From NCBI GenBank assembly GCA_012295275.1, contig CM022668.1:1860001-1924000 (forward strand): a stretch of 64,000 bases of DNA, written 5' to 3'. Position numbers and translations under genes: made by a program. This document shows positions 26,501 to 38,948 of the stretch, one piece after another (the stretch's first letter is position 1; each line of letters starts with the position of its first letter). The notes under the pieces were generated by a model. That model was not told where the DNA came from, did no database searches, and saw nothing but the letters and a program-made list of their open reading frames with translations. The stretch is from Chrysomallon squamiferum (Eukaryota; Animalia; Mollusca).

Positions 26501-28096
26501 TTAAATATAATTTGTATTTAAACAAACTGTTCTGCATTTAATAGGTTGCTGTTATTATTTTTATTCTTCTTACTCTACTTCCTATTATTATTGTCATTAC
26601 TGCTACTATATCAACAGCTACTACTACTGCTGCAAATACTACAACTACTATTACCACTACTGCTTCTACTACTGATACTATGCTAATATTTTTATTACTT
26701 TAAGTAGGATAGCTTGGTGGTATTTAACATCTACAGATTAAGTTATAACAATCACTATCTCTGTAATAATCACTTACAAACACCCCCTTCATCTCATTGT
26801 AGACCACTCCCTTGAACACCAGGGGAGAAGATTTGTCATTTGGGTCTTTGTATTCAAGTCTCCATCCCTCCTGACTGTAACAGAACCATAAATAAAAATA
26901 TGAACAATAAAAAACATAAATGTACATACAGATATATACAGATGTCATTAAGAGACATCATTCAAAAAGGAAATCTAATAAACTATTATTTTGATAATAA
27001 CAAATGATGATAAAATCCTGACTATAATAATATTTTGTATTGATTTTTCTTGATAAACCCTGAATATTTAACTGTAATAATGGCAATATTTATCTGTAAT
27101 ATTTGTCATTTCATCTCAAATCTTGTTTATACAGATCCTGACAAAAGATAATTTTTCTATTGTCAGACTGACAACAATGAGATAATTTGACATGACAGTA
27201 CTTTCCACAAAATTTATATTTAAATTTTACTTAAAATCAAGTCAGTATAGTTTATGATACCAACGGATATTCACAGTTCCACTATCAGTCACAAGTCTGA
27301 GATAACTTTACATGACACTGTATTTACATTTAGTGCTGTACCTAAAATCAAGCTCTCGCAGTTTTGGGTAAAATACAGCATCCAGATACACTGACAACAG
27401 ATTGCGATAGTCCTGGGGATTCTGGGTAGAAAATGGGTACATTGTCCAATCATAGGCTGTGAAGAAAAAAAATTCAATTTTAGGAATAACTGATGTGTAC
27501 TGTAACAATCTCATATACTATATGTGTGTAATATTAAACACATTTAGAAAATTGTCTGAAGTTTAAAAGGTGGAGCTATATTTATTCTCACAAAATCTAA
27601 TGAAGTGAGATTTTAAAGGTTTACCGATGAATGTATTCATGAAGGTTTCTAGGTATCAAGGTAACCAGTAAGGGTATTCATAAAGATTGCTAGGTAACAA
27701 AGTTTTAAAAAACTCACTAGTAAAAGCATTCATGAAGGTTGCTAGGTAACAAGTTTTAAAAAAACTCACCAGTAAAAGCATTCATGAATGTTGCTAGAGA
27801 ACGACTCAACATTTTGAAGAAAGGGTCGCGGACAGGAAATCTGTTAGAACCACACAGAGTTGTGTGTTCCAGGATGTGTGGCACCCCAGTGTTGTCTAGT
27901 GGAGTAGTGCGAAATGCAACACTGCAAAACAGACAGACAGACAGACAGATAAATAATTAAATAAGTAAACAGACAAATAAATAAATAAATAAATAAAGTT
28001 ATTTTGTACTCCAATACTCTACAAAATTAAAGACAACAATTATTTTATGTTGTGAACAGTTTATGAATTCTAGGCTAATTTTAATGTTAAAACACA

Positions 28097-28148
<52 letters not shown>

Positions 28149-29661
28149 AGTGTAAGAAAACTGATGTATATAACCTGAAGGTGTTGTTATTGTCATCACG
28201 AGCTGCATGAAGATGCTGTGCACCAGTAACATCGTGCTGTAGAGCTACTGTTGTCAGATACAACTCTGGAATTTCTGTAATCTAAACAAACATTTTGTAT
28301 AAATAATAATCATAATAAATATACTGATACCAAAATCAGCTAACTTGTTAGGCTGTTGTTTTGTGGGGTTTTTGTTATTTTATTTGGGCTTTCTTGGTAA
28401 CTTTTTATATTATCTTTATTATTGCTTTAAAGAACTCACAGACAAAATTGCCTAAGTTATACATATTTAATTAAATAATTATTGTGTAAAGGATTTTCTT
28501 TTTCTTTTTCCAAAATGAGTAATATCAATACTCGTGCATTTGAAGTATTTTCTAAAGTGAAGTGTAAACATAAATGAAAGTGAAATCCAGTAAAATTCCT
28601 CAGTATCGACAAACCTTTTTTACTGTGTAACCATGAAGCTGATCTCCTTCTTTCAGAGTTTTCAAAGCATCCTGGGATACTCGACTGTAGTGCTGCCATT
28701 GCTGGTATCTAAATAAAAGTGAGATAGAAATGTTTTACTACAATATCTGAAATAACTGATTTGTTAGTGCATACATGCATACATACATACATACATACAT
28801 ACATACAAACATACATACATACAAACACACACACACATATACATACGTAAAATATATACACTATATATGCATAAACTAATATACCATTTTACTAGACTCA
28901 CTAGAAAACTATTAATTATATTAAGCTCACTGTTTTGGTTTGAAAATATTAAATATTTATTGTTAGTATTGACTGCAATAATATAATATAATAATATAAT
29001 ACATGAACATATATACGTAAATACATACATACATACACATACATATTACATTGACAATAACAAACAAGTTCCTATTTTCAAGGTATGACAGTATGTTTCT
29101 TAAGTTTGTCTTTTAACTTAGGATACGAAACCGTTGGCTACTTAAGGTATAACACATAATTATGTCATTTATGATCTGGAACAAGCAAGGTTTGCATTGA
29201 GCAGTCGTCGATATTATTTCAAAACTGGGTACCTTGTGGTAGATTAATTTCGCAAATGACTTATGTCTTAATTCATATTCATAGTCAGATAGCGTCAAAG
29301 TACCACAGAATCCGTAAACAGTAAAGGGTATAAAAGAAAAACTTATTAAGAATAAGAGTAGTAAATTTAACTGAAATAAAATGTAATATTATCTTCTACG
29401 TTCGGTGTATATTGTTAAGTTTCTTTCTAAAATGAAACCTAAATTCATATTCATACTGCCAAACTGAGTGAAACGCTGAGTCTGTCACTTAAGTATTTAA
29501 TATTAAAGTAACTTAGTAAGTGGACGCTGGCGACAGAACAATTTGTTTCTTAACCCACAGCATTTGTACACTCACGAATGTGCAAATATACATTTGTTTA
29601 ATATACAGAATGCTCACCGGCACAGACGGCCAATCTGACTTTTGTTATATAAAAATCGCAT
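13942..29661 (-). CDS. PITRM1: Mitochondrial presequence protease (pitrilysin metallopeptidase 1, M16C), 27 coding exons, about 1003 aa
   Basis: Exons in transcript order: 29618-29661, 28615-28708, 28175-28281, 27770-27921, 27342-27456, 26778-26874, 26015-26175, 25568-25694, 25273-25361, 24476-24604, 23815-23928, 23325-23421, 22904-23038, 22268-22406, 21983-22099, 21578-21707, 20005-20125, 19480-19556, 18521-18686, 18213-18313, 17413-17527, 16898-17010, 16495-16548, 15826-15894, 15072-15186, 14437-14570, 13942-14041. All GT-AG and phase-consistent; 3012 nt. Motifs: inverted zinc site [61 protein letters not shown]. The basic N-terminus [15 protein letters not shown] resembles a targeting peptide. 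Exon 1 is the least certain. Confidence 0.95.
18690..19075. repeat. About 42-bp tandem repeat abutting the PITRM1 exon 19 acceptor
   Basis: AATTTACACATAGCATACACTTTTAGT...TTGTAATAAAAC, about 9 copies, decaying away from the exon. Confidence 0.9.
19633..20017 (-). repeat. 37-bp tandem array spanning the PITRM1 exon 17 donor
   Basis: Minus-strand unit TGAGTATGAGCAG|GTAAAACTACTTTAACAATGTCTA; 9 intronic copies plus the real junction; two copies are longer variants. Confidence 0.95.
20640..21563. repeat. 42-45-bp minisatellite built on (AGT)n in PITRM1 intron 16
   Basis: Unit AGTAACACTAGTAGTAGTATTAATGGAAGCTGTTGTAGTGGTAGT, about 20 copies; source of the overlapping low-complexity ORFs. Confidence 0.95.
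25418..25560. repeat. 13-14-bp tandem repeat after the PITRM1 exon 8 donor
   Basis: CTGGTATTTGTAA(A/T), about 10 copies. Confidence 0.9.
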
Positions 29662-29807
29662 TTTTCTTCACGGCACTTTTAAAAAGATTATGCAATCTGT
29701 AAATGTCACGTTGAGATGGGAGCAGCCATACTTCTTTCTTCTTTATTTTAAATTCCTTCAATAATTTTAAGATCATGCTTAACGAGGTGTGTGTGGCTGG
29801 ATGGGTG

Positions 29808-29916
<109 letters not shown>

Positions 29917-30301
29917 TTGTTTGTATACGAGGTTTGCATTTTATATTTGTATTGTTTACATGTTACTTTTTATTGATGTTTTAAATTTGCGTTTTCCGAG
30001 TTCTTTCTGTTTATGTTAAGTGTAATCTGTTGTGTTTGTTTTCACAAAAAGAGTGATATTTGTATGTGCTGCTTCTATTTGAATATGCGTGTGTATTTGT
30101 GGTATTGTTTTGTGTGTTTTTTGTACATATTATTTGTTTTGCATATCATTGTTACTTTTGACTTTTGTGTAAGTGTGCGTGCGTATGTGTTCGAATATTG
30201 TTGTTATTTCTATGTGTTTTCTCTGTATATATTTTGTTTGTACAGATGTATTATTGCGCTCTTTGTGTTATGTGAATGTGCTGTGTGCATGTTTGCTAAT
30301 G

Positions 30302-30346
<45 letters not shown>

Positions 30347-31149
30347 TTTGCGTAGGCCTCATATAATATTATGAGTTTGCGTATGAATTTAAATTTATGT
30401 TTTAAAATTGTGTGTGTGGTGTGTGTGTTATTTGATGTTAAAATGATACAAGTGCGTTTTAGTTAATCAACAAGAGACAAGAATAAATGTTGTCGTTGCT
30501 GATGCTGTTGCCTGCAAATATATAGAAAGGACAATACTAATTTCTTTATCTTTCCTTTTTTCTATTTATTTTATTTATAAAATTCGTCCCTTAAACACAC
30601 ACAAACACTCACCCACCCACCCCCACACACACACAACATACACACATATGTATATAAAATCTATTCAAGGATGTTTCTTAATTTACTTGTATTTGTTAAT
30701 CTAATGTATACGTTCCACTTCACGGCTCAGTAACTGCAGCTATGCACAACTTATTTATGACTTGAAAGAAACTACAATCAATAGTGCGTAACATGTTGTT
30801 TAGAAAATAGAGCATGCAACCGTGCACCCAAGTACCGGTCGATGAACTTAACAGCACGTAAAAGGGAAATACCTGTTTAGTCCGGTTAGTATTAGATATT
30901 TTCGGTGACTGGAGTGTGTTTGTTACAGCCATTTCATACAGTATACTGTTCAAATTAGAACACAGGAATATTCCATTCATCATATGTCTGTGGGATGTAC
31001 TTTGTTATGTCAACGGCTCCAGGCGCAAGATGGCGCCATGTTTGGTTATGTTTACATCGTTACCATTAAATATTAACTTAGCTATAAACAAATCATATCA
31101 ATATACCCTGAGTCCAAATTCTTCCTCCCAAATTTAAAACTGATTATAG

Positions 31150-31241
<92 letters not shown>

Positions 31242-32646
31242 GTTATTTCAGAAAAGAAAGAGAGAATTAAATGAACACATTTATTAAATAAACTAAAATC
31301 CAGTGTATTTACATTATTACAAATTTCAAAGGTTAATTAAAGGGAATAAAATATATTGTTGATGTTGCAGTTACTGTTATTATTATTATTATTATTATTA
31401 ATTTATATATATATTTTTTTATTTTAAACTATTTATGTTCGTGTTTAATGTTTGTATGTTTGAGAGAGATTCTTTAAACGGATTTGCACTATTTAATTAC
31501 ATTAGTATTCTTTCTACAGAATATAATTTGTCTATTTGCTGCGCAATATACATAGTTCTGTAACATTCTGTAATATCGAAGTGTGTAAATAATCTCTTTA
31601 GAAATAAACAAGTGAAAAACATCCTTAATACTACACGACCTGTGATAAAAGCAGTCGTCTGGCACCGAAAAATAGAAATGATCACGACGCCTTTCCATTA
31701 GTTTCTATAAGCAACGCACCCCCTGAAAGATTTTTGTATTCAGTTGCAATGTACCATAAAATCTTTCGTGTAACATAATGTTACAACAACAGATGACAGA
31801 AGAATTATTATTTAACATTTTTTATTTAATTTTTTAGGTATTATTAATTTTTTTTTTTCTCCTCTCAGCGCTTAGCTAGACTGCACATTTTATTGATTGC
31901 GTTGCTTCGTACAAATGCACCGTATCACCTCGTGTATTAGTCATACATCAAACGAAAACACCCTAAGCATTATGCAGTCTATCTGAAGTAACGTGTATAA
32001 ACTGAAATATGTAGTGCATGATGTAATTATGCGAATTTTCTTGCCTGCTGGGGAAAGAATGAGTTTGTAAATGTTTGCGTCTGTCTCTGTCTGTCTGACT
32101 GTGTGCATGTGTGCACGTGTGTATGCATTTGGGAGGAAACTATCGCCATTTATTTAGTTTAAATAACGAAATATCTAGCACATTATAATAATATTTACTG
32201 TGGCTGTGAAAGAATATAACGTAAACATAACGTCATGCACTGACAACGTAACTTGCAGTATACTCGTATAGCTGTTGAGGTCTTTAAATAGCAGTAGTGA
32301 GACAGACCATTCATACTGCATGGATACCTTATTTATTTATCTGTAGAACTGATTCACAAAAGAGCTTAGACACATTTTTCTGTTCCCAGACTGAGTCTGA
32401 TGCACTCACAGTGATAACCACTGCTTCATGATGACAAACTTAATTAGTTATAAAATGACTGACATCCAGCAGTAAAAATCCAACGTGTATTTTCCAAAAT
32501 GTGTGTGTGTGTTTATTCGTTGTTTACTTTTATTTATATATTGATGTTTTTTGTTGTAATTTTATTTAGTTATTTATTTATTTTTATTTATTTTATTATT
32601 TATGATGATTATGATTATGATGATGATGATGATAACGATGAATATG

Positions 32647-32682
<36 letters not shown>

Positions 32683-33452
32683 TTTTTAAACAAAGTAAAT
32701 ACGTGAATTATGGTGGTTACTAAAAATTAAAATTATATATATAATTTATTAAAATGTGATATTTCAAATTATCTGATTTAAAAAAAGAAAGTGTTAGGTT
32801 TAATGACGTTTATTTTGCATAGATAGTAAGTATCTCTTTATAATAGTTAAATATTCATAGACTCACTACTGCGTCTTATAACGTGCGTGTGTGTGTCTGC
32901 GCGCGCATGTGTGATGTATATGTGGATTGTGTCTGTTTATTGATGAACAAATACTTGTGATGAGACCCACTTTTTGCTGTAATACTGATATCTGCACTTG
33001 AAAACGTAAACACGTGAGAACTGGTTTACATCACGAGACGCAGTTTTGTGAGAACTAGGTCAGTTGTAGCATGACTGTGAAATATTTTGTTTACTTCTCG
33101 TTTCATTGGTCCACGCAAAAACTCATTCACCATTATTTTTCAGTATTTACTTAATTCATAATATTGTTGTTATTCGTACAATAGTAATAATAGTAGTAGA
33201 AGAAGGACTAGTAGTTAGACTTTTAAACTTTCTTCATTTTCTTCTACTTCTTTTTATCATCATCATCATCATTATTATTTATTAAACTTATACTTTTTAA
33301 AATTATTATTATTGTTTTAATTAACCGATAAATATATATTTTTTTAATTTTTGTTTGTTTATTTATTTACTTATTTATTATGTTTTGCAGGATCATATTT
33401 TCAATAATAATAAAAAAAATCCATTATATAAAACATAAAATAAAATAGTACT

Positions 33453-33582
<130 letters not shown>

Positions 33583-34188
33583 TATTTCGGAGTGACGCCT
33601 GCACTGTATATCGCTGTAATTGAACTAGAACGCTGCTGCTGGTTTGAAATGTTTGAGTGATCGATACAGCTCGCTGGCTGACGCTTCAGGTCAGTGGTGC
33701 AGATCAGAAATTGATGAAATTGAAAAATCAGTAAATAACGACCCCGCCCACTTTAAACTCGTTTCTCAGGAAAGCTAGTAAACCAGTTATTACGCAAGGT
33801 CAGTCACCCATTTATAATCACAACAGTCGTGAGAAAATTCTTGTTCAATCCAGTTTTGATATGCACGTGCGGTTTGATATGTAGGTTATCAGGTCGAAGC
33901 TGTTAGTAAACAAAATAAAAGAGAGAAGATATTGACTTCTTCGCAGTCGAATTCATATTAAAATGTATTCAGCTGTTTTTTGTTAAATTTTAATAATAAT
34001 AATATTTATCAGTTCAGTTTCTGATTAAATAAATAAATAGACCGTATGAACGTGTTCTCTTCACGTTTTGTTATTTATTTTTCTGTGATATGTTGAATTA
34101 AAAGTAATTATTTCTAAGGATACACATTGCTGGATTTATGAAATAAATAAATTCATCAGTAAAGTGCTCCATGCATGTATCAGTTCAT

Positions 34189-34296
34189 ATGTAGTACTTG
34201 TATATTCATAAGTTTAAATGTAGTACTTGTATATTCATAAGTTTAAATGTAGTACTTGCATATTGATAAGTTTAAATGTAGTACTTGTATATTCAT
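34189..34296. repeat. 29-bp tandem repeat upstream of MIOX
   Basis: ATGTAGTACTTGTATATTCATAAGTTTAA, about 3.7 copies. Confidence 0.9.
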
Positions 34297-34435
34297 ACCC
34301 GTCGTTTTTATTCAATACGTTTTATCAGGTATTTGATATGTTTGATATCTTTAAATTAAAATAGAACGAAAATCAAGCTGTGTTTACATGGTAGCAGTTT
34401 GTGCTATTCTTTATTTCTTTATTCAAATTTGTATA

Positions 34436-34472
<37 letters not shown>

Positions 34473-34865
34473 CTTAGTATTAGCTTTTGTTATATACAAA
34501 TAATACATTGGTCGGAAGATTCCTGTATATCAATGTGTCACTCTGTTTATCTGTATATATAATATATAATATATATCAGTGTTTGTATTGTTTGCATGTA
34601 TGCATCTGTGTACGTATATAATTATGTATGTGTATGTGAAGGCATATGGGTAACGTATATATATGTTTTTGTGCATATGGACATGTGTGTACTTGTTTAT
34701 ACGTAAACAACGCGACGTTATTACGTTTTTCAGTAAACCAGTTGTTCAATTTAGAACATTGCGCTAAAAGCTTTAAAAGACCGGGTCTGTTTATTTGCTA
34801 TGCTATTTCAAATTGGCTCATACCTGTTTGATCCGGTATTCTTCGCACTAGTGTTGGTGTGGCAG

Positions 34866-34873
34866 TATATAAG
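34866..34873 (+). promoter_or_regulatory. TATA box of MIOX
   Basis: TATATAAG about 80 bp upstream of the ATG in a GC-richer context; reverse CCAAT (ATTGG) near 34812. Confidence 0.65.
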
Positions 34874-34947
34874 CAGCGTTACCACCGTGAACATCGCAAT
34901 TTGGGTCGACACACTGAAAGAGTGAGTTTGAAAATTTACAAAAGAAA

Positions 34948-35799
34948 ATGACTGACGCAAACAAAGGCGTGCAATTGGTGGACCCCTCTGAATACAGACC
35001 AGAGGTGAAAGATGTCACAGCTTTCCGTGATTTCAGAATTCACAACGTCAGCGACAGGGTGAGGAAGACGTACGAAGAGATGCACACGAAGCAGACGATG
35101 GCGTTTGTGAAAGACCGGCTGCAGAAGTGGGGGAGATTCGACCACGCGCACATGACCATCATGGAGGCGCTGGACGCTCTCAACAACATGGTGGACGAGA
35201 GTGACCCAGACGTTGATTTTCCAAATTCTCTACACGCGTTCCAGACGGCGGAGGGAATTCGAAGGAATCATCCAGACAAGGAATGGCTTCAGCTGACAGG
35301 TCTCATTCACGACATCGGTAAAGTAATGGCGCTGTGGGGGGAGCCGCAGTGGGCCACGGTGGGTGACACGTTTGTTGTGGGATGCGCGCCCGACCCGTCC
35401 ATCGTGTTTGGTTTGGAGAGTTTCGCTAAAAACCCGGACATGCAGAATGAGAAGTACAACACCAAGTTCGGCGTGTACTCTGAAAACATTGGTTTGGAGA
35501 ACGTTCTGATTTCCTGGGGTCATGACGAATATCTGTATCGAGTACTCAAGGCAAATACACACAATCTGCCGGAAGAGGCGCTCTACGTCATTCGGTTCCA
35601 TTCTTTCTACCCCTGGCACACGAGCGGCGCCTACATGCACCTGTGTAACAACAAAGACCTTGAAATGTTGAAATGGATTCGCGAGTTTAATCAATTTGAT
35701 TTGTACACGAAGACGCCAGTTTTACCCGATGTTGAAAATCTCATTCCGTACTACCAGGCGCTCACCGACAAGTACATTCCTGGAAAGCTGCGATGGTGA
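34948..35799 (+). CDS. MIOX: Myo-inositol oxygenase, single exon, 283 aa
   Basis: Uninterrupted ORF with MIOX di-iron/HD-domain motifs: MHTKQT, DESDPD, HAFQTAEGIR, LIHDIGK, QWATVGDTF, WGHDEYLY, IRFHSFYPWH, FNQFDLYTK. TATA box upstream and AATAAA at 36008-36013. Confidence 0.97.
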   Translation: MTDANKGVQLVDPSEYRPEVKDVTAFRDFRIHNVSDRVRKTYEEMHTKQTMAFVKDRLQKWGRFDHAHMTIMEALDALNNMVDESDPDVDFPNSLHAFQTAEGIRRNHPDKEWLQLTGLIHDIGKVMALWGEPQWATVGDTFVVGCAPDPSIVFGLESFAKNPDMQNEKYNTKFGVYSENIGLENVLISWGHDEYLYRVLKANTHNLPEEALYVIRFHSFYPWHTSGAYMHLCNNKDLEMLKWIREFNQFDLYTKTPVLPDVENLIPYYQALTDKYIPGKLRW

Positions 35800-36103
35800 A
35801 TGTGATTTCAAAACTGAAAATATACGGAGAAGATCACGTCAAATTCAAATACAGGCCAAGCGTTTGATGTTACATACAGACAGTATTCCTACGCTGCAGT
35901 AGTCGAGGTAACACAAAAGACAGTTTGCAGACTTGAGAAAGTTTTTCTTTTTTATTAGACTCGTGCTTATTTGAGAAGAATGTGTTAACCAGAGTGACAT
36001 TGACTTGAATAAATAACTCTTCTTTGCAAGGTCAACATTTTAAAAATTTAACGATTTTTTAAATTGTATTTTGTTCTTTTTTGTTTATTGTTTTGTTTTG
36101 TCT

Positions 36104-36140
<37 letters not shown>

Positions 36141-36399
36141 TTACATATATATTTATACATATATTTCTAAGTTTTGTTTTAATTCTATTAATTTATTTAT
36201 TTTATTAATATATTTTTGTTGTTCTTTTATTTCATTTTTTGAATGTATTTTATTTCTTATTTTTCATTACTTATTTTAAATGTATTTAGTTTATTATCTT
36301 GTTAAATATTTTATTATATGTTCTCTATATATTAAATAAATTTATATTACTGTTTTTGTTATTCATTATTCTGTATAAAAATATTTAAAAATCTCGGTA

Positions 36400-36451
<52 letters not shown>

Positions 36452-36561
36452 TAATGATGATGATAATGACTATGAAGGTGATGATGATCATGATGATATA
36501 TTTTCATTCAGAACTGGAGTGACTGATGTTTTTGTCATTTAATTATATATGCATAACTGTT

Positions 36562-36668
<107 letters not shown>

Positions 36669-37110
36669 GTTTGAAGTATAAATATTCCTGACCGCAGATC
36701 TTGACAATACACAAAATATCAACTCGTAAAAATGTACGGAGGCTAGTATTTATTTCTTTCTCTTGCGGCGGCAAAGATCAATTTCCGTAACAAACTGAGT
36801 ACACCATCCTGACTGAGTTTTCTGATTTGTTTACTTGTCAGTTATCTACGTTTTCTTTAAGAAATGGCGTCACTAAACAGAGAAATTGTCAGCCTCCTCA
36901 GTTTGTCATTTATAATGTAAAGATAAGAAACGAAGGACAGCAATACAACAAAAACTCAAAATAGTGGTAATCCCGAAGAAATAACCTCATTTATTTTATT
37001 TTATTTGTTATCTTTTTTTTTTTTTTTTATTTACATGTTCTTATTTTATTTATTTTTTTAATATGTTCATTTCGTTAAGTTTTCCATTAATTATATTTTT
37101 AAATTTAAAT

Positions 37111-37149
<39 letters not shown>

Positions 37150-37488
37150 TTTGTTTGTTTGTTTGTTTGTTTATTATTTTTTTTTATATATATTTTTTTT
37201 TAGTGTACATATGTTTCTGTACATGTATTTGTTAGCAACAAAGTATGTTTGCATTTTCAAACAGACACAAGATCACCCCTCACTAGATCTTTAGCTGCTG
37301 ATTAAAAGTGTCTGGAACGGGAAATTTTCTAACAGACACACTGTTTAAAACTGAGCCTGCATGGATGCTCTATTGCTTAATGTTGTATCTGTTTTCTCTG
37401 TTTAATATTAACTTCAAACAAGGGAGAGAAAGTAAATAGATAAATATAAAAAAAAAACATCATACAAAAATAACAATACTAAAAATGA

Positions 37489-37693
37489 AATATTTGTCAG
37501 TAATATAAGCGCGCATACGTTTGTGTATATTTGGTTAAATATGTAAAAGTCTGAAAAGGTCATCGTCCGCTTATACGTGTGTCTGCGTTTCATACATATA
37601 TCTGTAATGAGTGCATTTCCTTATTTTTTAAAGACATATTAATTTTCATTTTCTTCAACTTTTATTTTCCTTGCTTCAATATACTGTGAGAAC
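37489..37693 (+). repeat. About 200-bp direct duplication, copy 1
   Basis: AATATTTGTCAGTAATATAAGCGCGCATAC...GAAAAGGTCATCGTCCGCTTATACG...TGTGAGAACA recurs at 38730-38948. Confidence 0.9.
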
Positions 37694-37832
37694 AGCCAAA
37701 TATGCTTGGTCTCGGTTTTAACAGCAGCAGCAGGAGCAGCAACAGCAACAACAACAACAACAACGACGACAAAGACAAGAAGATGAAAAAGAAGATGAAG
37801 ACAAATTTTATTTTTAACTTTTTAAAATGTAT

Positions 37833-37863
<31 letters not shown>

Positions 37864-38245
37864 TCTGTAACCTGATTAGATTCTTGGAATATTTCGGCAC
37901 TTTCGGTCCATAACAAAAGCGTTGCTAACTGTTGACGCTGTGTGTATTATTACGTTTTTCAATTAATTTCAAAACCGAAATTTGTTCTTGACGTAAATTA
38001 TTATCCTTTTCAAAGACGCGGTAATATCAATTTTATTTATTTTTATATTTATTTTACTGTTGTTGTTGATGGTGGTGGCGGTTGTAGTTCTCTTCTTCGT
38101 CTTCTTATTTTCATTGTTATTAATGTTGTTGTTTACTGCACTTTGTCTTTGCCGTTATCGTATACTCAGTCACTGTAGTTTATTTCTTCATTCAGATTTA
38201 ATATTAGAAAAATGGCTAAATAATTTCTAACCTTAAATTATTGAA

Positions 38246-38290
<45 letters not shown>

Positions 38291-38379
38291 GGCTTCTTTT
38301 TTTTTTATCTGTTTTCTAATCTTTAATACAATTTTTTAAAACAAACTTTAATTTTGTTTTAAATTTTTTAATTTTTTTT

Positions 38380-38414
<35 letters not shown>

Positions 38415-38729
38415 TTTTTTAAATATTTTAGCACAGGAATGATTAGTGTTATATGTTCTAAAGTTATGAACTCATTATAATTATTACTGGTATCATTATC
38501 ATCATCTTCATTATCACTAATACTAATACTAATAATAACTATTCTGGACTACAGCTGATGGGAGATAACTCGTGTACTTCTACTTAACATATATAGTACG
38601 AGTTTATTTCAGTATCGACGAAATTTTAGATTAGCATATGTATGTGTTTATATTTAATATTTGTAAACATGTTTGTAATATATTAGTAAACATGTATTTG
38701 TAATTTAATATTTGTAAATAGGTCTTCAT

Positions 38730-38948
38730 AATATTTGTCAGTAATATAAGCGCGCATACTTTGTGGATATTTGGTTAAATATGTAAAAGTCTGAAAAGGT
38801 CATCGTCCGCTTATACGTGTGTCTGCGTTTCATACATATATCTGTAATGAGTGTGTTCCCTTAATTTTTTAAAGACATATTAATTTTCTTTTTTTTTCTT
38901 CTTTCTCTTTAACTTTTATATTCCTTGCTTCACTACACTGTGAGAACA
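38730..38948 (+). repeat. About 200-bp direct duplication, copy 2
   Basis: Near-identical to 37489-37693 over the first 125 bp or so. Confidence 0.9.

Noticed and set aside
13942-29661. PITRM1 as a pseudogene because of the exon 10 indels
   Set aside because: The overall frame, all other exons, splice sites and catalytic motifs are intact.
35230-35694. 154-aa antisense ORF and other shadow ORFs over MIOX
   Set aside because: Shadow frames of a GC-rich CDS with no independent protein features.
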